Shown here piece by piece: positions 9,220 through 17,515 of a stretch of 64,000 nucleotides of DNA. The stretch's first letter is position 1. Each line of letters begins with the position of its first letter. Origin of the DNA: a virus; the IMG/VR virus record IMGVR_UViG_3300008952_002488, positions 107,927 to 171,926 of that record, one strand, 5' to 3'. The notes beneath the pieces are model-generated. The model was not told where the DNA came from. It made no database searches and saw nothing but the letters and a program-made list of their open reading frames with translations. The position numbers and the translations under genes are program-made.

Positions 9220-10041
9220 ATGAAAAAAATCAACAGAAATAAATTAATTGCCGAGCAGCTTATTCGTGAACATGTCAGGAAGCGGATATACAAGGCGGCA
9301 TCCTCTAAAAAACTTCAGGAACAGAAACTAAGATCTGCAATAAGAAGGATTTTAGAAGCGGAAACAGGAACTACAGAAGCCAGCGAACATACTGGAATTA
9401 ATGTTTTGGCTGATTTACTCAAAAAAATAATACCAACCATTCAAGATGATTATAGTATGTTGACTACTTCTCCAGAACAAAGAGAGTCATTTAGGAATCA
9501 TATAATTCATGCCATTAAAAACGCACTTAACCCCATCGAAGCGGCAGAAGTGAAAGAAGAATCAATAGTATATGAAATTGATCCAGACTTACTCTCTGAA
9601 AAGTTATCGATTGACTTGGATCCAGAGGATGATGCCTCCGAAAGTGTCGAAGGTGAATTTATCGATATCGAGGGCGGCGAGGAAGAAGAATTTGGTGCAG
9701 GACTCGATGATCAAAATGAAACAGGTAGAAATTTTGCCGCTGAGACTTTTAAATCCGTAGAAAAACAAATTGTTGACGCATATGATATGTTGGCTGACGA
9801 AAAAGATAAGAAACTATTTTATGATTATCTTTTAACCAATATGATGCTTTACTTTGATAAATTCGAGGATGAGTTAACAGCCTCGCTACCAGATGTGACA
9901 ACCCCAGAATACGAAGAAGAAAAAGCTGAAGATGAGGCAGAAGAAACAGCACCAGAAGAAGAAGTAGAAGGCGAAGAAGAAGCAGAAGAAGCCGGCGCTG
10001 AAGGAGAAGCGGCCGCTGGTGAAGAAGAATTAGCAATTTAA
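9220..10041 (+). CDS. Acidic hypothetical protein, possible internal head protein
   Basis: N-terminal LRSAIRRILEAE-type helices; Glu-rich tail. Confidence 0.6.
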   Translation: MKKINRNKLIAEQLIREHVRKRIYKAASSKKLQEQKLRSAIRRILEAETGTTEASEHTGINVLADLLKKIIPTIQDDYSMLTTSPEQRESFRNHIIHAIKNALNPIEAAEVKEESIVYEIDPDLLSEKLSIDLDPEDDASESVEGEFIDIEGGEEEEFGAGLDDQNETGRNFAAETFKSVEKQIVDAYDMLADEKDKKLFYDYLLTNMMLYFDKFEDELTASLPDVTTPEYEEEKAEDEAEETAPEEEVEGEEEAEEAGAEGEAAAGEEELAI

Positions 10042-10132
10042 TTTTAATTTAACACTTTTAAATTTACTACTATACTGCTCTTGTCAGCTTAAAGCTCTGA
10101 AAGCTATTGCTAGCAAATTGCCATTAAATAAC

Positions 10133-10161
10133 TTGACAACTATTGCGTATTATTGTATAGT
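10133..10161 (+). promoter_or_regulatory. Sigma70-type promoter of tmRNA
   Basis: TTGACA (10133-10138), 17-bp spacer, TATAGT (10156-10161), 10 nt upstream of the mature tmRNA 5' end. Confidence 0.85.
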
Positions 10162-10171
10162 CTGATTATAA

Positions 10172-10497
10172 GGGGGTAACCGGTATCGATTGATGGGAAA
10201 ATAGAAAAGGTGCAAGGGTGAGGGAAGCGTGGCTCACTAAAAACGCTTAAAACTTTAATCGCCAATGACGATTTCGAAATGGAGATGGCAGCTTAAAAAC
10301 CTGACCTCCCATGAGGCGACGGCAGCCAATAAACAGAAAGCCGTATTTGGGTGTCCTAAGTGCTTTTGATTGTTTTAGCCGCAATAAAACGATCTAGTCA
10401 AGCGGGCTGTCTGACGAAAAAAACAGACCCAACCTTGTGAATGACCCCTTCTATAGAACTAGGCAAGACGGGAGTTCGATTCTCCCTACCTCCACCA
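10172..10497 (+). ncRNA. ssrA: tmRNA, tag peptide (A)ANDDFEMEMAA* at 10261-10296
   Basis: Acceptor stem GGGGGTA/TACCTCC with G3.U70, discriminator A and encoded CCA. T-arm GGGAG-TTCGATT-CTCCC. Pseudoknot 1: GTGAG/CTCAC and AAGCGT/ACGCTT. Resume codon GCC; tag ends in AA. Confidence 0.95.
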
Positions 10498-10519
10498 GCC
10501 GCCTTCGGGCGGCTTTTTT
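10497..10519 (+). terminator. Rho-independent terminator after tmRNA
   Basis: AGCCGCC-TTCG-GGCGGCT followed by a T run. Confidence 0.9.
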
Positions 10520-10568
10520 CTTTCTCTCTCAGCTATTTACTTTAGAAGTGTTCCTGAAAGGAAAAAAT

Positions 10569-11876
10569 ATGACAAAGACATTGATTTTAGACACAAACGT
10601 TTATCTCACAGAGGTAAGCTCGTTATTTGCATTCGGAAAAAGTGATATTGCAATCCCAACAATTATATTGGATGAAATAGATAAACACAAACAAAGGCAA
10701 GATACGGCGGGATTTAATGCTAGAATGATGAACCGTGTTTTAGATAATCTGCGGAGAAAAGGTAGTTTATTTGAGGGAGTTTCTCTAGGAAGAGGGAAAG
10801 GGAAATTATATGCGGCACAATATGATCCCCGCTATATGCCGGCAGGAATGTCCACCCAAGATTCAGACAATAAAATAATTGCCATAGCGATTCGTCTCAA
10901 AATGGAAGGCAAAGAAATAGCAATCGTCTCCCGTGATCTGAATATGAGAGTAAAATGTGATGCTTTTGGTTTAGAATGTCATGATTATCAACCACAAAAG
11001 GTGATTAAATCTGTAGAGAAGCTATTTGACGGATGTGAAGAGGTTCTAGTTGAAGGAGAGGTTATTGACGATTTTTACGAAGATAAAGAGATTCTTTTAG
11101 AAGAACAAAATATCAAACTGTTTCCAAATCAATATTTGATTTTAAGATCAGAAAAAGATACCAAAAAATCAGCCCTGTGTCGCTTTTTAAATTATGAAAA
11201 ACCCTTGAGAAAAGTATATTCTTACCAAGATATATGGGGACTTTCAGCTAACAATAAAGAGCAGCAGTTTGCTATGGATCTCTTATTTGATCCGTCGGTT
11301 TCTATAGTTTCGCTGACAGGACAAGCAGGAACTGGCAAAACACTCATAGCTGCTGCTTGTGGTCTAGAACAAGTCTTGAACAGTACAAGATCTTCGGGAG
11401 GTTACGACAAGTTAATAATTACTAGACCTGTACAGCCAATGGGTAGAGATATCGGTTTTTTACCAGGGACCCTGGAAGAGAAAATGATGCCATGGGTTGC
11501 CCCCATCAGGGATAATCTTGAGCATTTATTTGGGGACAGAACTGCGCTTGATCTGCACATGGATCAAGGAACCGTCGAAATTGAAGCAATGACCTATATT
11601 CGAGGTCGTTCCATCTCCAACGCTTTCATGATCGTTGACGAGGCTCAGAATTTAACACCGCATGAATTAAAGACTATAATAACCAGGGTCGGACATGGAA
11701 CTAAATTAGTGCTTACAGGCGATATTCAGCAGATAGACAATTCTTACGTTGACGCAGTATCCAATGGATTGACATATGCAGTTGAGAAATTTAAACAATA
11801 TGACATTTCTGGTCACATAACCCTTATTAAGGGAGAGAGATCTAAATTGGCAACATTGGCATCGGAGATTTTATGA
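10569..11876 (+). CDS. phoH: PIN-domain PhoH-family ATPase (PhoH2/YlaK-like); start re-assigned to 10569
   Basis: PIN motifs ILDTNV, DNKII, SRDLNMRVK. Walker A GQAGTGKT; GFLPG; YIRGRS; IVDEAQN; GDIQQID. AAGGA RBS. Confidence 0.9.
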   Translation: MTKTLILDTNVYLTEVSSLFAFGKSDIAIPTIILDEIDKHKQRQDTAGFNARMMNRVLDNLRRKGSLFEGVSLGRGKGKLYAAQYDPRYMPAGMSTQDSDNKIIAIAIRLKMEGKEIAIVSRDLNMRVKCDAFGLECHDYQPQKVIKSVEKLFDGCEEVLVEGEVIDDFYEDKEILLEEQNIKLFPNQYLILRSEKDTKKSALCRFLNYEKPLRKVYSYQDIWGLSANNKEQQFAMDLLFDPSVSIVSLTGQAGTGKTLIAAACGLEQVLNSTRSSGGYDKLIITRPVQPMGRDIGFLPGTLEEKMMPWVAPIRDNLEHLFGDRTALDLHMDQGTVEIEAMTYIRGRSISNAFMIVDEAQNLTPHELKTIITRVGHGTKLVLTGDIQQIDNSYVDAVSNGLTYAVEKFKQYDISGHITLIKGERSKLATLASEIL

Positions 11877-12538
11877 GAGAATACATTTTCGAAAAAACCT
11901 CCAATATGACTCATCACTTTAAATTCGGCGGGATCGATGTACACATCGATGAGCCTCTTCCTGATGATATATCCATAGAAAGGGTATTAAAAACAGTAGA
12001 ACAAAAATTACCTTCAGTTTATTATCAAGATCTCAGGGCTGTGCGTGTGGGTTCTTACAAAGAATTTGACCGCCGCCAGGTAAATGCCTTATATAAAGAC
12101 CAGACCTTGTTTATTTCTAACGAACAAGATAATATGAAAGATTTGTTGGATGATATAATACACGAGATTGCCCACCACCTTGAGACAAAGGCTGCTGAGG
12201 AAATATATGGGGATCGTTTAGTAATTCGTGAATTTATTAAAAAGAGAGAACAAATGAAATTCGAACTGAGATCCGAAGGGTACTGGACTCAGGAGTATGA
12301 TTTTAGAGAACTTAAATTTAAAGAATCTTTTGATGATTTTTTATACAAAAGAGTTGGAAAAAGGATGCTCCACATGGTTACGACTGGTTTATTTATTCGT
12401 CCGTATGCTGCCGTATCACTAAGAGAATATTTTGCGACTGGATTTGAGGCATACTACTTAGGTAAACGAGATGAACTATTCCAGATCAGTCCCGAATTGT
12501 ATAATAAAATATCTGAACTAGATAAAATAACAAGATAG
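11873..12538 (+). CDS. HExxH zinc-metallopeptidase-like protein
   Basis: IIHEIAHH with a downstream REYFA third-ligand motif. Confidence 0.6.
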   Translation: MREYIFEKTSNMTHHFKFGGIDVHIDEPLPDDISIERVLKTVEQKLPSVYYQDLRAVRVGSYKEFDRRQVNALYKDQTLFISNEQDNMKDLLDDIIHEIAHHLETKAAEEIYGDRLVIREFIKKREQMKFELRSEGYWTQEYDFRELKFKESFDDFLYKRVGKRMLHMVTTGLFIRPYAAVSLREYFATGFEAYYLGKRDELFQISPELYNKISELDKITR

Positions 12539-12551
12539 AAAGCAGGTTACA

Positions 12552-13391
12552 TTGGCTGGCAAACATATTTCCTACTCGGAGTGGAAGAACTGGCATATTT
12601 GCCCTCACTACCACAAACTCACCTACATTGATAAAGTAACTCAGTTCCAGGGCAACATTTTTACAGCCTTTGGTAAAGCCATTCACACTGTTTGTGAATT
12701 TACTTTGACTTCCCCCGAAAAGTACAGGGAAGCGGGCGCTATTGAGGAGTTAGTTAAAGAGCAATTCATCGCCGAACTCAACGCCCTGCCCGATGATGCC
12801 CAATTAGAAGCCAAAAGGGATTTCGCCCTCAAAGAGTGGCTGCTAAATGGCGTTCAAATCATCCCTGACCTTTATCGCTGCCTTGCCGACAAGTTCGGTA
12901 AACTGGGTGAGGACTGGGAAGTGCTGGCAGCCGAAGAGCAACTCTACGAGCCCATCACAGAATTCACGGAAGCAGAAAAAAAGTTTAAAGGCTTTATTGA
13001 CCTCGTAGTCTATTCCAAGAAGGATGAGAAAATCCACTTGATTGACTGGAAGACCTGCTCCTGGGGTTGGCGACGTGAAAAGAAGAGCGACAAAATCCTC
13101 GCCTACCAACTCGTATTCTACAAGCATTTCTATGCCCAGAAGTACGAAGTTGACCCGAAAGACGTTGACTGCCACTTCGTTCTATTAAAGCGAACAGCCA
13201 AGGCTGGGAAGAAAGCGGAGTTCGTGCGGGTGACGGCAGCTAAAAAAAGAACAACTGATGCACTTAACGCCTTGACGAAAGCGTTGCATAATATTAACAA
13301 AGAGAATTATATCAAAAACCGTGCTGCTTGTACGAACTGTAAAGACCGCTTTGGAACTTGCGAGTTTTACCAGACGGAATATTGTTCTTAG
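12552..13391 (+). CDS. PD-(D/E)xK nuclease, Cas4/RecB-like
   Basis: ISYS..CP at the N-terminus; GFIDLV..IDWKT; YQL..Y; C-terminal Cys cluster (possible Fe-S). Confidence 0.85.
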   Translation: MAGKHISYSEWKNWHICPHYHKLTYIDKVTQFQGNIFTAFGKAIHTVCEFTLTSPEKYREAGAIEELVKEQFIAELNALPDDAQLEAKRDFALKEWLLNGVQIIPDLYRCLADKFGKLGEDWEVLAAEEQLYEPITEFTEAEKKFKGFIDLVVYSKKDEKIHLIDWKTCSWGWRREKKSDKILAYQLVFYKHFYAQKYEVDPKDVDCHFVLLKRTAKAGKKAEFVRVTAAKKRTTDALNALTKALHNINKENYIKNRAACTNCKDRFGTCEFYQTEYCS

Positions 13392-13403
13392 GAGGAAATT
13401 TCT

Positions 13404-14672
13404 TTGACAGAAAAAAAGAAGATAAAAGTTTTAACAATTAGTGATCACCCACTATTACCCTCGGGTGTTGGAACTCAAACAAAATATGTTATTCAAGCCC
13501 TTTTAAATACCGGAAAATTTCAGATAATATCTTTAGGTGGGGCGATAAAGCATCCTGATTATAATGTAACTAGAACAGAGGAGTGGCTCGATGATTGGCT
13601 CATTTACCCAGTCGATGGATATGGAAACCAAGAAATTGTAAGAAGCATGATAGCTCAATATAAGCCAGATATTCTTTATTTTATGACAGACCCAAGATTT
13701 TATGAATGGCTTTGGCAGTTTGAGGACGAAATAAGATTAGCAGTACCAATGGTTTATTATCATGTTTGGGATAATGGTCCAAGCCCTAGGTTTAATGCTC
13801 CATTTTATAGATCAAATGATTATATTGCAACCATTTCAAAAGTTACAAGCAACATAGTAAAAGAAGTTGCACCAGATGTTCCAGAGGAATATATCCCACA
13901 TGCTGTAAATTCAGTGGTATTTCGGAAACACACATTGCCAGAAGAAATGGCAATGTTGAGGCAAATAAGAAAAGACAATAATTTGGAAAATAAGTTTGTC
14001 TGCTTTTGGAACAACAGAAACGCTAGAAGAAAAATGAGTGGTTCTTTAGTTTGGTGGTGGAAGTCCTTCTGTGATGAGGTGGGACACGATAAAGCAACAC
14101 TGATATTACATACCGACCCAAGCGACCCACATGGACAACCTTTAGAGTTTTTAGCCCACGAACTTGGACTAATGAAAGGTCAGATACATTTCTCGAAAGA
14201 AAAAGTGCAACCTCAACAACTGGCAATTTTCTATAATCTTGTAGATTGCACGATAAATATTTCGGATGCAGAAGGTTTTGGGCTGTCCACGTTGGAATCT
14301 TTGTCTTGTGGAACCCCTGTTGTTGCGACAATGACTGGAGGACTCCAAGAGCAGGTGACCGACGGAGAGAACTTCTTTGGGGTTGGAATTGAACCTACTT
14401 CCCGAGCCGTTATTGGTTCACAGCAAGTCCCATATATCTATGAAGATAGAATAAACGAGGAAGTTTTCGTTGATGCTCTTAAAAAGATATATTATGCGAC
14501 AGAAGAAGAGAGGCAAGAGATGGGGCGAATGGGCATGGAACACGTTAAAAAGAACTATAATTTTGAGACTTTTAATAAACAGTGGATCGATTTCATGTTA
14601 AGAGTTCATGAAGAGAGCGGATCTTGGGAAACAAGAAAGAATCACGAAGCCTGGGAGTTTATTGAATTATGA
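13404..14672 (+). CDS. Glycosyltransferase, GT4 (GT-B)
   Basis: SGVG N-terminal loop; NRNARRK; EGFGLSTLESLSCGTPV (EX7E). Confidence 0.9.
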   Translation: MTEKKKIKVLTISDHPLLPSGVGTQTKYVIQALLNTGKFQIISLGGAIKHPDYNVTRTEEWLDDWLIYPVDGYGNQEIVRSMIAQYKPDILYFMTDPRFYEWLWQFEDEIRLAVPMVYYHVWDNGPSPRFNAPFYRSNDYIATISKVTSNIVKEVAPDVPEEYIPHAVNSVVFRKHTLPEEMAMLRQIRKDNNLENKFVCFWNNRNARRKMSGSLVWWWKSFCDEVGHDKATLILHTDPSDPHGQPLEFLAHELGLMKGQIHFSKEKVQPQQLAIFYNLVDCTINISDAEGFGLSTLESLSCGTPVVATMTGGLQEQVTDGENFFGVGIEPTSRAVIGSQQVPYIYEDRINEEVFVDALKKIYYATEEERQEMGRMGMEHVKKNYNFETFNKQWIDFMLRVHEESGSWETRKNHEAWEFIEL

Positions 14673-15946
14673 TAAAAGTCTTAATAAAAGGACCAATTTT
14701 TAGTAGAAGCGGTTATGGCGAGCATACAAGATATATGTTTAGGGCACTAAATAGTCGTCCGGATCTTTTTGATATTTTTGTACATCCGACTAATTGGGGG
14801 CAGTCAAGCTGGAATCTTGATTCCTCTGAGGAAACCAAAAATTTCGAAACTTGTGTAAACAAGTTGCAGCAGTTCCAAGGCAAATTTGATTTGTCGCTTC
14901 AGGTATTAATCCCAAATGAGTGGGAGAATTTAGCAGAAAAGAATATTGGAGTCACGGCTGCTATTGAAACAACTTATGCTTCGGCTCAGTGGATTCACAG
15001 CAGTAATTTCATGGATAAGATTTTTGTTACCTCTGAGCACGCCAAAAATACCTTAAAAAACCCGTCTCACACAGTTAAGACTGAAGATGGAAAAGAGCAT
15101 ATTATAAAACTTACAAAACCAGTTTCTGTGATTTCTTATCCATTTAGAGATATTAAAGCAGATAAATCCAGCCACAAGAAAATAAAGCTGGATACAAAGT
15201 TTAATTTTTTAACCTGTGCTCAGATTGGACCTCGTAAAAACCTTATGAATACTATTCGTTGGTTTGTTGAGGAATTTAAAAATGAAGAAGATGTCGGATT
15301 GGTTGTAAAAGCCCACCACATGAATAACAGCGTTTTAGACCGCAATAAAGTGAAGATGTTGCTTAGTCAAGCAGTTCACGGAGTTCCACACAGAAAATGT
15401 AGAGTTTTTCTTCTTCACGGAAATATGACTGAGGAAGAGATGAATTCTCTATATAAGCATCCAAATATTCATGCGTATGCAACAATAACCCACGGGGAAG
15501 GATTCGGTCTTCCTATTTTTGAGGCTGCTTGTAGTGGTTTGCCCGTCATAGCTCCCGCCTGGTCTGGACAAGTTGACTTCCTTTACGACAACATTAAAAA
15601 TAAAAAATCAGGTAGACTAAAAAGGACACCAATGTTTACAAAAGTAAAGTATAAATTAGATAAGGTCCCACAAGAAGCTGTCTGGGAAAATGTTGTAGAA
15701 GCAGATTCACAGTGGTGCTATTCAGATGAGGCGGCTTATAAAAAAGCCCTAAGAGGAACCATAGAAGCCTACAAGAGCAGAAAGATTGTAGCAGGAAAGC
15801 TTCAAAAATCCTTAGAGAAGAGACTTGATCAAACGAAAATGTTCGAAAAAGTTGTAGAAGAAGTATTAGATGTATACCCTGAAGATGTTGCTGAGTTAGA
15901 AGATTTTCTAGATGGTCTAGCATCTGAAATACAAGTGCATGAGTAA
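14669..15946 (+). CDS. Glycosyltransferase, GT4 (GT-B)
   Basis: SGYG; PRKN; GEGFGLPIFEAACSGLPV. Confidence 0.9.
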   Translation: MIKVLIKGPIFSRSGYGEHTRYMFRALNSRPDLFDIFVHPTNWGQSSWNLDSSEETKNFETCVNKLQQFQGKFDLSLQVLIPNEWENLAEKNIGVTAAIETTYASAQWIHSSNFMDKIFVTSEHAKNTLKNPSHTVKTEDGKEHIIKLTKPVSVISYPFRDIKADKSSHKKIKLDTKFNFLTCAQIGPRKNLMNTIRWFVEEFKNEEDVGLVVKAHHMNNSVLDRNKVKMLLSQAVHGVPHRKCRVFLLHGNMTEEEMNSLYKHPNIHAYATITHGEGFGLPIFEAACSGLPVIAPAWSGQVDFLYDNIKNKKSGRLKRTPMFTKVKYKLDKVPQEAVWENVVEADSQWCYSDEAAYKKALRGTIEAYKSRKIVAGKLQKSLEKRLDQTKMFEKVVEEVLDVYPEDVAELEDFLDGLASEIQVHE

Positions 15947-16784
15947 GATATTATTCATTGCCGATATATTTGCAGAAGAGTGGCTCGGCGGTGGAGAACT
16001 TAATAACCAAGAACTCATTGGGATATTGAGAGAAAAAGGACATGAGGTTCTGACTGTTAAAAGCGAAAATGTCAATTTAGAATTTTTACAACATTGGCAG
16101 AATGACGCAAAATTTATCGTCTCCAATTTCATAAAACTGCCGGAAGAAGTAAAGCAACACCTTCAGGAGAAGCATGATTATGTGATTTATGAACATGATC
16201 ACAAATATTTGACAACTAGAGATCCATCTGTTTTCGAAAATTATCTAGCGCCGGATGAAAATATTGTAAATCTTGATTTCTATAAAAATGCAAGAGCCGT
16301 TTTTTGTCAAAGTAGTTTACATGCTGAGGTTGTAGAAAAAAACATAAAAACAGGAAATGTACATTCGCTTGGGGGAAACCTCTGGAGCCTCGAAATTTTA
16401 GATATGTTATCATCTTTATTCCACAAGGAGAAAAAGGAAAGATATTCGATATGGGACTCGCACAATCCTATAAAAAATACTTCGCTAGCTAAAGCTTATT
16501 GTCACAGAAATAAATTAGAATATGATCTTGTTGGAGAACTACCTTATAGGGAATTTTTAAATCGATTGACAGATAATAAATACTTCATATTTTTACCTGA
16601 AACACTGGAGACCTTGTGCCGTGTCGTTGTTGAGTGCAGAATGGCCGGCATGACTGTTTTAACAAGTAAGAAGCTTGGTGCCACAAGTGAAGAGTGGTTC
16701 AAATTAAAAGGAGAAGAGCTTATAAGCTTGATGAAGCAGAAAAGAGAAACAATACCAGATTTGGTTTTGGAGAAATTATTATGA
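15939..16784 (+). CDS. Putative GT-B glycosyltransferase
   Basis: GGGE N-terminal motif; ETLCRVVVECRMAG (EX7E). Confidence 0.7.
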   Translation: MSKILFIADIFAEEWLGGGELNNQELIGILREKGHEVLTVKSENVNLEFLQHWQNDAKFIVSNFIKLPEEVKQHLQEKHDYVIYEHDHKYLTTRDPSVFENYLAPDENIVNLDFYKNARAVFCQSSLHAEVVEKNIKTGNVHSLGGNLWSLEILDMLSSLFHKEKKERYSIWDSHNPIKNTSLAKAYCHRNKLEYDLVGELPYREFLNRLTDNKYFIFLPETLETLCRVVVECRMAGMTVLTSKKLGATSEEWFKLKGEELISLMKQKRETIPDLVLEKLL

Positions 16785-17515
16785 ATCCAAAAGTTACAAT
16801 TATAATACCTTGTTATAATTCGGAAAAGTATATCGAAAAGTGTTTGAGGTCTGCCTTATCTCAAACTTATGATAATTTTGAGGTTATTTTTGTAGATAAT
16901 GACAGCGGTGATGACAGCTTGGAAATCGCCGAAAAAATACAAGAAGAGTTCCCAGAACTCCTAATTGATACTGCCCCAAATTTATACCCATTTTCCTGGG
17001 AAGAACCAGTTGAGGCAGCTTTGTCTCTGGCTACTGGTGAATATTTTACAATTCTAGGATCAGACGACTATATTTCGGAAGATTATGTATCAAATTTCAT
17101 GAAAAAGATTTTAGAATCCGAAGAAACCATTTTGGTTTTACAAAGCGGAATTAAAGGCATAGACGATAAGTCAAATTTGATCGACCAAGATGTTTCTCAC
17201 ATTTATTCAAGTATAGAGGAATTTAAAGAACTCCTGCTGCAAAGATGTCCAGTAACAACTCCGTCCGTAGTTTATAAAACAGAGCTTCACGGAAAAGGAA
17301 TTGTAAGATGGCTGGCTAGCGAATATCTTGGGGCTGCCGATTATGATCTTTATTTTAATTTGGCTGATAATGACGTTTATATCCATCCTGTCGGGGAGTG
17401 GCTTGGGTATTATTATCGCTGGCACCAAGACCAGGCAACATGGGGGATGCAAAAACAACCTCTAAATTACGACTTTATGCTCCAGAATCAATGGAGAGAA
17501 AAGTGGGGAATGTGA
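16781..17515 (+). CDS. Glycosyltransferase, GT2 (start at ATG 16781)
   Basis: VTIIIPCYN; VDNDSGD; GSDD; ADYDL. Confidence 0.9.
   Translation: MNPKVTIIIPCYNSEKYIEKCLRSALSQTYDNFEVIFVDNDSGDDSLEIAEKIQEEFPELLIDTAPNLYPFSWEEPVEAALSLATGEYFTILGSDDYISEDYVSNFMKKILESEETILVLQSGIKGIDDKSNLIDQDVSHIYSSIEEFKELLLQRCPVTTPSVVYKTELHGKGIVRWLASEYLGAADYDLYFNLADNDVYIHPVGEWLGYYYRWHQDQATWGMQKQPLNYDFMLQNQWREKWGM

Noticed and set aside
10461-10497. Stand-alone tRNA-Ala
   Set aside because: There is no anticodon arm. The acceptor stem pairs with 10172-10178 about 300 nt upstream, as in tmRNA.
10437-10568. N-terminal 44-aa extension of PhoH in the ORF track
   Set aside because: It overlaps the tmRNA 3' end and terminator. 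The PIN domain and RBS point to ATG 10569.
12552-13391. CRISPR-Cas locus around the Cas4-like gene
   Set aside because: No repeat-spacer array and no other cas genes seen. Solo Cas4-like nucleases are common in phages.
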